This document shows positions 1 to 7,430 of a stretch of 19,299 bases of DNA, piece after piece. The notes beneath the pieces were generated by a model that was given only the letters and a program-made list of their open reading frames with translations, had not been told where the DNA came from and did no database searches. This stretch comes from Acidobacteriota bacterium (GTDB lineage Bacteria; Acidobacteriota; Thermoanaerobaculia; Multivoradales; UBA5704). Both the position numbers and the translations under genes were made by a program. Location of the stretch: NCBI GenBank assembly GCA_040005235.1, contig JBDTZG010000083.1, positions 1-19,299 on the forward strand. The letters are read 5' to 3'. Positions within the stretch are counted from its first letter, which is position 1, and every line of letters starts with the position of its first letter.

Positions 1-55
1 GAGAAACGAGGAGTGAAAGAGTAAGTCTCTGGGAGACTTACGCTTACGCCGATAG

Positions 56-84
56 GTTATACACCAGCGACGCCGTTTCGTCAA
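56..84 (-). promoter_or_regulatory. sigma70-type promoter firing leftward out of the window
   Basis: Minus strand TTGACG (84-79), 17-bp spacer, TATAAC (61-56); each box is 5/6 consensus. The target gene lies outside the window. Confidence 0.65.
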
Positions 85-173
85 GCGCCCGGGCACCGAA
101 ATAGCCCTTTTCGGCCCTAAATTCACGCCCAAGTTACGCCCTCTATTGACGCGAACCTCACGGACGAACCCGA

Positions 174-202
174 TTGACACCCCGCGACCGACGCCCTACG
201 AT
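174..202 (+). promoter_or_regulatory. sigma70-type promoter of tRNA-Leu
   Basis: TTGACA (174-179), 17-bp spacer, TACGAT (197-202), ending 10 nt before the tRNA 5' end. Confidence 0.8.
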
Positions 203-212
203 CCCCCTCCTT

Positions 213-298
213 GCCGAAGTGGCGGAATGGCAGACGCAGTGGACTCAAAATCCACCGACCGCAAGGTCGTAGGGGTTCGACTCCCCTCTTCGGCACCA
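213..298 (+). tRNA. tRNA-Leu (anticodon CAA)
   Basis: Acceptor stem GCCGAAG/CTTCGGC, anticodon arm GTGGA-CTCAAAA-TCCAC, long variable arm CGACC-GCAA-GGTCG, T-arm with GGTTCGA, discriminator A and encoded CCA. Confidence 0.97.
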
Positions 299-377
299 AC
301 GTAAACTACGGAACGCTCAAGACTTAGATCCGATATCATCGGCCCATGTCCCCCCTTCAGACCTTGAGTCCTCCCGG

Positions 378-998
378 ATGATCGCAGCCTGCGAAGCCCT
401 CGACCGCCTGCGCGAAGGAAACCGCCGTTTCGAGTCCGACACCGGGAGCCATGAAGCTCGCCCGAGCCGCTCGCGGCGCGAGGAGCTGGCCACGGGTCAG
501 GAGCCGTTCGCCATCATCCTCGGTTGTTCCGACTCTCGGGTACCGGCCGAGATCGTCTTCGATCAGGGGCTCGGCGACCTGTTCGTCATCCGGGTCGCCG
601 GCAACATTGTCTCCCCCTCCCAGGTCGGCAGCGTCGAGTTCGCCGCAGCACGGTTCGGCACCCGACTGGTCGTGGTGCTCGGCCACTCGAGATGCGGCGC
701 GATCCTCGCGACTCTGGAAGAGATCGGGCGGCCGTCGGAGGCCCAATCGCGCGGTCTCCAATCGATCGTCAGCCGCGTCCGTCCCTCGGTCGAACCGCTG
801 CTCGCGACCGATCTGGGCAACGACCCGGAAGAGCTGGTGCGGCAGGCCGTCCGGGCCAACATTCGCGCCTCGGCCGACCACCTGCGACACGGTTCGGAGA
901 TCCTCGTCCAGCTGATCCAGAACGACGGCCTCCTGGTCGTCGGCGCGGAGTACTCGCTGGAGACCGGCGTGGTCGACTTCTTCGACGGTGTGCCGTAA
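378..998 (+). CDS. beta-class carbonic anhydrase
   Basis: L.EGN.RF N-terminus; zinc-ligand motifs GCSDSRV and LGHSRCGA; GDLFVIRVAGN; C-terminal Y.LETG.V. Confidence 0.95.
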   Translation: MIAACEALDRLREGNRRFESDTGSHEARPSRSRREELATGQEPFAIILGCSDSRVPAEIVFDQGLGDLFVIRVAGNIVSPSQVGSVEFAAARFGTRLVVVLGHSRCGAILATLEEIGRPSEAQSRGLQSIVSRVRPSVEPLLATDLGNDPEELVRQAVRANIRASADHLRHGSEILVQLIQNDGLLVVGAEYSLETGVVDFFDGVP

Positions 999-1023
999 CG
1001 CCGTCGAATCCCGGGCTTTGGGC

Positions 1024-1066
1024 AAAAAGAAAACCGGCGCCGCACCGCCTAGGGCGCGACGCCGGT
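1024..1066 (-). terminator. intrinsic terminator of the 749-aa gene
   Basis: Minus strand ACCGGCGTCGCGCC-ctaggc-GGTGCGGCGCCGGT forms a 14-bp stem with two G-U pairs, followed by a U-rich tract. It lies about 22 nt after the stop codon. The G-U pairs form only in the minus-strand transcript. Confidence 0.8.
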
Positions 1067-1088
1067 CGAATCGACTCTAGTTATTCGA

Positions 1089-3338
1089 CTACTGGAAGTA
1101 GCCGCTGACGTCGACCGTCAGTTGCAACGTCCCGCTCGGCTGCACCGCTACGACCTTGAAGCTGCCGTCGGCTGCCAGGCCGATGATCGCGTTGTTCGCC
1201 CGGTTCTGTCCGGCCGAGTAGTTGATCGTCGCGGTGCTAGGGAAGGCGCCGGAGTAGACGACCACGTGGCCGGCGGCCGCCGAATCGATCGCCGTAATGT
1301 TGAGCGCCACCGCTTTGGCGCTCGCCGGAATGCCGCACAGGCTGCTCGCGTTGAAGGTGCGCTCCTGGCCCGGCACCAGGGCCGGTCCGTTGCCCGCCCG
1401 GGTATCGACCAGTCGGCACGGGGAGACGGTGTAGAACGATCCTTGCGGCGGCGCGTTCGGCGGCGCGGGCGCCAGGCTCTGAATCGTCAGCTCCGAGGTC
1501 GGGCCGGCTTCGAGGACGCCCAGCGTCGACGAGGCGGGCACCGCCGTCCGGTCGACGTCGAACCGGAAGGCGACCAGCGATGCGAAATCGACCGGGGCGG
1601 GCGGGGTCGTCCCCACCGGAGCGGTCCAGGTGATGCCGGTCGCGTCGGTCGTCGCGGTCCAGTCGTTCACCGCAAATCCATCACCGTCGGCATAGACGAT
1701 GTTGGTGATCGAAGCACCGGTCGGGTCGAACGGGATGTGGAAGCTCTTGATCTGGCGGTCGAAATCGTGGTTCTGCAGCGCGTAGGCGAAGCGCTTCCGG
1801 CCCGGGTTGCCGGCGACGTCGGTCACCCTGACGACCAACTGAACATGCCCTTCGCCGGTGTCGAGCACCCGGTTGTCGGCGTCCGGTCCCGGTGTGGCCG
1901 GATTTACCCAGCTGTTGACCGGCGGGCCTTGCGCGTAGGCGCCGACGCTCGCAAATGTCCAGGTGGTGCTCGGCTTGGCCGGGGCCACCTGCCGATAGCC
2001 CATGCTGTTGAAGATGTTCACATCGTTGCGGATGATGTAAAACGCCTCGACGTAATAGGTGGCGCCGGGCAGCGTGAGCTCTGCCTCGGCGGCCTTGAGG
2101 CCGTGGGTGAAGGCGTTTTCTCCCGATCCGGAGAAATCCTGCGTACAGTCGCCGTTGGTGTCGAAGTGACTGGGGATCCCGCCGCAGTGGGCCCAGGTGG
2201 CCGTCGAGGCGGTAATCTCGCTACGCGGAGCGAGCGAGCCCACGCTGTTGTTCGTGCCGGTGCTGTAAACGTCCGAGCAGCCGCTGCCCAGAATGTGCGA
2301 ATCCGTACAGGCTCCCGCATCGCAGCCGGTGTTCAGGGTCAGAAAGGCGTGTTTGAGGTCGCCTCGGCCCAGCGGCTCGAAGAAATCCCCGGTCGAACGG
2401 GTCATCTGCCAAACCAGGAACGGATGCTGGTCGTTCCAAGGGGGCACTCCTAGATTCGTAAACTTCGAGTACCAGGGGACGTTGGCTGTACCGACATTCT
2501 TCAAGCTCGCCGACGGTAGCACGACCACAACCGACCGGCCGTTCACAGTCGAGATGCCGGCCTGACCGATCGAGGACATGTCGGAGAGCGAAACGTCGAC
2601 CGTGCCGCTCCAGTCGCCGCACGGCGGCGGTGCGTTGATGCCCGCGGGACGCGCTGGAACCGGCGGCAGTTGGCCGGCCGCAAGTGTCGCATCGAGGTCG
2701 AGGACCCCGACGGCGACTCCGGTATAGCGATCGTCGCCCATCAAGCGGGCGAGGTCCGGGAGGATCTTCAAGTCGGCGTTCAAATAGCGGAGCCGACCGG
2801 CCGGCGCGTCGAATTCCCACTGCGCTTCCGCGGTGGTCAACACGGCCATGCCCGCTGCGTCGATCAGCTCCAACACGCCGGGTTTCGCCCCGGGGCGCAG
2901 CTCCAGGCTCGAGAGGTCGAAGGTCCCCGCACCACCGACCAGGCGAAATCCTCCGCGGGTATGCATCGCGGTTCCCTCGAAGCCGCGGAATCCGTCCCAC
3001 GCCACGATCGCGCGCAGGCCGATCCGGCCGTCGAGCGCGAACGACGGCGCGTCGCGCGGCACCACAGACAGCGGGTGCGACGAGTGGCCGGAAACGGAAG
3101 GCGCAAGATCGGTCACCCGAAAACCAAGGCTCGCTAGCGTCGAGCGGTCCAGGCCCACCGTCGCCACCCCATCGAGAATGTCCCACGACGCGGTGACGGC
3201 CGGCGGCGGCTTGGCCGGGGCCGAACGCGCAGCGGCCCCTGCCGACAGTGCACTGAGGAACAGCGCAACCAAAAGCGAGAACGCGATCCGTGAGGCGAAC
3301 CTGACGGATCGTTGACGTGAGGTTTCGGCGTGGTTCAC
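1089..3338 (-). CDS. secreted multidomain hypothetical protein (central Cys-containing domain with lysyl-oxidase-like motifs; C-terminal 'PCRLVDTR...DVSGYF' beta domain)
   Basis: GTG start with GGAGG upstream; signal-peptide-like N-terminus (RIAFSLLVALFLSALSAGAAA); Pro-rich linkers between domains; terminator follows. The CDS is secure; the function is not. Confidence 0.85.
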   Translation of the reverse strand: MNHAETSRQRSVRFASRIAFSLLVALFLSALSAGAAARSAPAKPPPAVTASWDILDGVATVGLDRSTLASLGFRVTDLAPSVSGHSSHPLSVVPRDAPSFALDGRIGLRAIVAWDGFRGFEGTAMHTRGGFRLVGGAGTFDLSSLELRPGAKPGVLELIDAAGMAVLTTAEAQWEFDAPAGRLRYLNADLKILPDLARLMGDDRYTGVAVGVLDLDATLAAGQLPPVPARPAGINAPPPCGDWSGTVDVSLSDMSSIGQAGISTVNGRSVVVVLPSASLKNVGTANVPWYSKFTNLGVPPWNDQHPFLVWQMTRSTGDFFEPLGRGDLKHAFLTLNTGCDAGACTDSHILGSGCSDVYSTGTNNSVGSLAPRSEITASTATWAHCGGIPSHFDTNGDCTQDFSGSGENAFTHGLKAAEAELTLPGATYYVEAFYIIRNDVNIFNSMGYRQVAPAKPSTTWTFASVGAYAQGPPVNSWVNPATPGPDADNRVLDTGEGHVQLVVRVTDVAGNPGRKRFAYALQNHDFDRQIKSFHIPFDPTGASITNIVYADGDGFAVNDWTATTDATGITWTAPVGTTPPAPVDFASLVAFRFDVDRTAVPASSTLGVLEAGPTSELTIQSLAPAPPNAPPQGSFYTVSPCRLVDTRAGNGPALVPGQERTFNASSLCGIPASAKAVALNITAIDSAAAGHVVVYSGAFPSTATINYSAGQNRANNAIIGLAADGSFKVVAVQPSGTLQLTVDVSGYFQ

Positions 3339-3429
3339 GCGACTACCCTCCTGTGGACTTTTGGGGGTCGGTACGGGCGGATGGACCCCTTCACTTTACC
3401 GGGCCGGCCGGGAGGTTGCAAGGCGCAGA

Positions 3430-3451
3430 ATCGCTAGAGCATCGCTAGAGC
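3430..3451. repeat. perfect 11-bp tandem direct repeat (ATCGCTAGAGC x2)
   Basis: Copies at 3430-3440 and 3441-3451, in the divergent intergenic region. Confidence 0.8.
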
Positions 3452-3533
3452 TGGATCGCCTCTTGTCGATGTCTCGGTCGTGGTACTTTCCGGGCCGCCG
3501 CCCCCTGGCACCTTACCGATTCGGAATCACCAC

Positions 3534-4079
3534 TTGGCACTCTCCTCGACGGTTTACAACCTGGACGTCTCGCTGGCCGACGTCGATCGCGGCGTGTACG
3601 AGACCCTGGCCCTGCGCGTGGCACTCCACCCATCCGAGAGCCTGGATTACATGCTGACTCGCGTCCTCGCCTACTGCCTCCAGTACGAAGAGGGAATCAC
3701 CTTCTCGCGCGGCGGCATCTCGGACCCGGACGAGCCGCCGATTCGAATCCTCGACCCCACCGGCCGCATCACCGCCTGGATCGAGATTGGAGCCCCCGAC
3801 GCCGAACGCCTGAACAAAGCCGCCAAGGCCGCGGACCGGGTCGCCGTCTATACCCATAAGAACCCAGCCACCCTGCTGCGCCAATTCGCCGGACGGCGCA
3901 TCCACCACGCCGAGGAGATCCCCATCTACGCCTTCGACCGCACGATGATCGAAGAGGCCGCGCAGCATCTCGAACGTCGGACCCAGATCGACCTCTCCTT
4001 AACCGGTGGCCAGCTCTACCTCTCGCTCGGCGACCGGAGCTTCTCCGGGACTATGACGCAGCACCGGATCGCGGAGTGA
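3534..4079 (+). CDS. yaeQ: YaeQ family protein
   Basis: MAL..T.Y...V.LAD.DR..Y, HPSE, DPDEP and WIEIG.PD..RL.KA motifs. Start moved to the TTG at 3534 to match the family N-terminus. Confidence 0.9.
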   Translation: MALSSTVYNLDVSLADVDRGVYETLALRVALHPSESLDYMLTRVLAYCLQYEEGITFSRGGISDPDEPPIRILDPTGRITAWIEIGAPDAERLNKAAKAADRVAVYTHKNPATLLRQFAGRRIHHAEEIPIYAFDRTMIEEAAQHLERRTQIDLSLTGGQLYLSLGDRSFSGTMTQHRIAE

Positions 4080-4114
4080 GGGCAAATCGCTTCGGAGGGG
4101 AATGAATCCCCCAG

Positions 4115-4133
4115 ATAGTTGTTATCAACAACC
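4115..4133. promoter_or_regulatory. putative MarR operator, copy 1
   Basis: ATAGTTGTTATCAACAACC contains the perfect inverted repeat GTTGTT-atc-AACAAC. It is AT-rich in a GC-rich background and directly abuts the marR ATG. Confidence 0.75.
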
Positions 4134-4679
4134 ATGAGCGCCTCCGCCCCAACCGAAACTGCCACTCCGCTGCCGGTTCCCGACTCCGCCGCCGCTAATC
4201 CGGCGGCAGATCCGGCGCTCGCTCGGGATGCTGCGGATCTCCAGCGGTCGCTGTCCGACCTGGTCAGGGTCGTCCAGTTCCGCGACCGGGACCGGATCTG
4301 CTGCCACGACATTTCGGTGACGCAATGCTATGCGCTGGAGGAGCTGATCCGGCGCGGGCCTCTCACTCTCAACGAGCTGGCCCAGGTGCTCTACCTGGAC
4401 AAGAGCACTGCGAGCCGAGTGGTAGACAGCCTGGAGCGAAAGGGGTACGCCACCCGCTCCCCTCACCCGGCCGACGGTCGGGCTCTACTCCTCGCGGCCA
4501 CTGCAACCGGCCGGGCGCTGTGCGAGCGGATCGAGGGAGATCTGGTGATCGAAGCGCAGCGGCTTCTGGTCGATATCGAGCCGGAAGCACGCCGAGCGAT
4601 GGCACTGCTGCTCGGCCGCCTGGCCCGCGCCGTGGAGTCGCGCGCCAGCTGCAGCACCGACGATTGCTCCACCTGTTGA
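4134..4679 (+). CDS. MarR family transcriptional regulator, Cys-rich, probably arsenic-responsive
   Basis: Winged-HTH signature (LTLNELA..LYLDKSTASRVVDSLERKGY..R.PHPADGR...L.AT..G); RICCHDISVTQC motif; C-terminal SCSTDDCSTC; directly upstream of arsM. Confidence 0.92.
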   Translation: MSASAPTETATPLPVPDSAAANPAADPALARDAADLQRSLSDLVRVVQFRDRDRICCHDISVTQCYALEELIRRGPLTLNELAQVLYLDKSTASRVVDSLERKGYATRSPHPADGRALLLAATATGRALCERIEGDLVIEAQRLLVDIEPEARRAMALLLGRLARAVESRASCSTDDCSTC

Positions 4680-4725
4680 TTCCTGGCTGAACCGAAGCTG
4701 TGCCCAACAGCCGGTTCGAGACCCA

Positions 4726-4744
4726 ATAGTTGTCATTACCAACC
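4726..4744. promoter_or_regulatory. putative MarR operator, copy 2
   Basis: ATAGTTGTCATTACCAACC is 16/19 identical to copy 1 and ends 33 nt before the arsM start. Confidence 0.7.
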
Positions 4745-4777
4745 GAGACTCGATCTCTTCCTCAAGGAGAACCCACC

Positions 4778-5716
4778 ATGAGCACCGAAACCTCTACCTC
4801 GACCGCCGAATCCCCCACCGTTCCCTGCTGCGGCACGACCTGCTGCGGCGGAGCGACCGCGGAAGAATCTGGAGCGATCGCACCCGCCGATCGCGCCGCG
4901 ATCCAAGCGGCGGTGCGCGCCAAGTACGACTCGGTCGCCAAGGCGGTCGCCGCCGGGAAATCCGGAACGAGCGCCCTCGGCTGCTGCGGCGGCGACTCTT
5001 GCGATCCGATCACCAGCGATCTCTACTCCGAGGCCGAGACGCTCGGTCTGCCGAAGGATGCGATCCTCGCCTCGCTCGGTTGCGGCAATCCGACCGCGCT
5101 CGCCGAGCTGCTGCCCGGCGAAGTGGTGCTCGACCTCGGCTCGGGCGGCGGCATCGACGTGCTGCTCTCCGCCCGCCGGGTCGGCCCCACCGGTAAGGCG
5201 TACGGGCTCGACCAGAGCGACGAGATGCTCGCGCTCGCACGGCAGAACCAGCGCCAGGCGGGAGCGACGAACGTCGAGTTCCTGCGCGGCGCGATCGAAA
5301 ACATCCCGCTCCCGACGGACACCGCCGACGTGATCATCTCGAACTGCGTGATCAACCTCTCGGGCGACAAGCGCAAGGCGCTCTCCGAGGCGTTCCGGGT
5401 GCTCAAGCCGGGCGGACGCCTGGCGATCTCGGACGTGGTGTTCTTGGGCGCGGTGCCCGCCGACCTCAAGAAGAGCGTCGAGCTCTGGGCCGGCTGCGTC
5501 GCCGGAGCGCTCGAAAGCGACGAGTACCGCTCTCTGCTGGCGGAAGTGGGTTTCGAAGCGATCGACATCGAGCCGACCCGCGTCTATCGCGCCGAAGAGG
5601 CGAAGGCGCTTCTCGCGGGCACCCACCTCGACCCTTTGATCGGGCGCCTGCAGAAGATCGACGGCAAAGCCGCTGCGGCATTCGTCCGGGCGAGGAAGCC
5701 GGCCGTCCAGGGCTGA
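4778..5716 (+). CDS. arsM: arsenite S-adenosylmethionine methyltransferase
   Basis: DPIT..LY, SLGCGNP, SAM motif VLDLGSGGG.D, DVIISNCVINL and W.GCVAGA. The ATG at 4778 has an AAGGAG RBS. Confidence 0.95.
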   Translation: MSTETSTSTAESPTVPCCGTTCCGGATAEESGAIAPADRAAIQAAVRAKYDSVAKAVAAGKSGTSALGCCGGDSCDPITSDLYSEAETLGLPKDAILASLGCGNPTALAELLPGEVVLDLGSGGGIDVLLSARRVGPTGKAYGLDQSDEMLALARQNQRQAGATNVEFLRGAIENIPLPTDTADVIISNCVINLSGDKRKALSEAFRVLKPGGRLAISDVVFLGAVPADLKKSVELWAGCVAGALESDEYRSLLAEVGFEAIDIEPTRVYRAEEAKALLAGTHLDPLIGRLQKIDGKAAAAFVRARKPAVQG

Positions 5717-5790
5717 AGCCTGGCGACCGGTCGCGCGGGCTCCATTTCAGGCCTTGTTGGTGAGCGTCGCCGAACCGGCCCGAACGTCGC

Positions 5791-5796
5791 TACAAT
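5791..5796 (+). promoter_or_regulatory. possible -10 element for the activator-kinase operon
   Basis: TACAAT ends 11 nt before ATG 5808; no convincing -35 box or RBS. Confidence 0.35.
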
Positions 5797-5807
5797 GCTG
5801 TCCGTCC

Positions 5808-7430
5808 ATGGAGATCACAGGCAGTCACGGCTCGACCATTGGCCTGGCCGGAGTCCGACGCGAGGCTTCGGTACGGCCCGGTCGCGCCGTGCCCGCTTTG
5901 ACCGTGCTCCATCATCCGGACCTGTCCCGCGTGGGCGACGTCGCCCTGCTCGGCGAGATCGTTCAGGGCGGCACGGCGCGCCTCGGCCGCCTGACGCCTG
6001 AGCTGAGCCCTCCCGGGGAGGGAGCCGGCAAGCCGCTCGGCGATCGGCACCTATCGCGCGAACCGTTGGAGCTGTCCGGGGCTCCCGACGAAGCCCTCCG
6101 CCTGGTCGTCGGCGCGAGCCGCACCCGGGTGGAGGCCGACGGCAAGCCGATCGAAAAAGAGGCGCTGTTCTCGCGCGATCGCCTGAACCGCGGCGTCGTG
6201 CTCGAGTTGGCCGAGCGGATCGTCCTGCTGCTCCACCGGCGCACCTCGGCGCCCAGCTTCGAGCCCGAGACGTTCGGCCTTGTCGGCGCGAGCGAAGGGA
6301 TCGCGCGGGTCCGGTTCGACATCCGGCAGGTGGCCGATCTCGACGTGCCGGTGCTGATCCGGGGCGACACCGGAACCGGGAAAGAGCTGGTGGCCCACGC
6401 GGTCCATACCGCGAGCCGGCGGCGCTCCGGGCCGTTCCTGGGCGTCAATCTCGGCTCGATCCCCCCGACGCTTGCGGCTTCCGAGCTGTTCGGCGCCGTG
6501 CGCGGCGCCTTCACCGGCGCGGTCGAGCCACGCGCCGGGTTCTTTCGCCGGGCGCACGGCGGGACGCTGTTCCTCGACGAAATCGGCGAGGTGAGCGGCG
6601 AGGTGCAGACGATGCTCCTGCGCGTCCTGGAGACCGGCGAGCTCTATGCGGTGGGTAGCCAGGCAGCCCAGCGGGTGGATGTCCGGGTGCTCGCGGCGAC
6701 CGATTCGAACCTCGAAGCGCGCGCTCGGACCGGCGATTTCCGCGCGCCGCTCCTCCACCGCCTCGGAGGCTACGTGATTTGGCTCCCCCCCTTGCCGGAG
6801 CGGCGCGAGGACTTCGGTCGGTTGTTCCACCATTTCTTGGCCGAGGAGCTGGCGCGGGTTGCCGAGGGTGAGCCTCAGGATGCCGGCGAGCGCATCCCGG
6901 CGTCGTTGGTCGCCCGGCTCGCGCGGCACGACTGGCCGGGCAACATCCGCCAGTTGCGCAATGTCGCGCGCCAACTGGCGATCGCGAACCGCGGCAAGGA
7001 GCGGATTGAAGTCACGTCCGCCGTAGAACGGCTGCTCGCCGAGTCGCCGACCGGACTCTCGGGCGCGGCGCGGGCGGCCGGCGCCGCGACCCAGCCTGGC
7101 GCCTCTCCCGCGGCCGCTCGGAGACGGCGCGGTTCGGAGATTCCCGACCTGGAGGTCGAAAGCGCGCTACGCTCGAACCGATACGATCTCCAGGCGGCGG
7201 CCACCGCGCTGGGGATTTCGCGCCCTTCGCTCTACGAGCGGATCGCGGCGCATCCGACGCTCCATACCGCGAGCGACCTGTCCGCCGCCGAGATCTCCGC
7301 CGCTTATACCGCCTGCGGGGGCGACCTCGAACGAATGGTCGATCGGCTCGAAGTCTCGGCGCGGGCGCTCGGCCGCCGGCTGCGCGAAATGGACCTCCTG
7401 CCGCGCGGCGACCGCGAAGGAGGAGCGTGA
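5808..7430 (+). CDS. sigma54-dependent enhancer-binding protein (FHA-like N-terminus, AAA+ domain, two C-terminal Fis-like HTHs)
   Basis: Walker A GDTGTGKE, intact GAFTGA (6504-6521), Walker B LFLDEIG and WPGNIRQL. No receiver domain. The start is uncertain (TTG 5754 versus ATG 5808). Confidence 0.93.
   Translation: MEITGSHGSTIGLAGVRREASVRPGRAVPALTVLHHPDLSRVGDVALLGEIVQGGTARLGRLTPELSPPGEGAGKPLGDRHLSREPLELSGAPDEALRLVVGASRTRVEADGKPIEKEALFSRDRLNRGVVLELAERIVLLLHRRTSAPSFEPETFGLVGASEGIARVRFDIRQVADLDVPVLIRGDTGTGKELVAHAVHTASRRRSGPFLGVNLGSIPPTLAASELFGAVRGAFTGAVEPRAGFFRRAHGGTLFLDEIGEVSGEVQTMLLRVLETGELYAVGSQAAQRVDVRVLAATDSNLEARARTGDFRAPLLHRLGGYVIWLPPLPERREDFGRLFHHFLAEELARVAEGEPQDAGERIPASLVARLARHDWPGNIRQLRNVARQLAIANRGKERIEVTSAVERLLAESPTGLSGAARAAGAATQPGASPAAARRRRGSEIPDLEVESALRSNRYDLQAAATALGISRPSLYERIAAHPTLHTASDLSAAEISAAYTACGGDLERMVDRLEVSARALGRRLREMDLLPRGDREGGA

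Noticed and set aside
3505-3520. CTGGCAC upstream of yaeQ as a sigma54 -24 box
   Set aside because: No TTGC or GC at the required -12 spacing.
4730-4777. Upstream TTG start of arsM given by the ORF track (likewise 4119 for marR and 3480 for yaeQ)
   Set aside because: The arsM and marR upstream starts fall inside the operator motifs and none has a good RBS. The downstream starts fit the RBS or the family N-terminus better.
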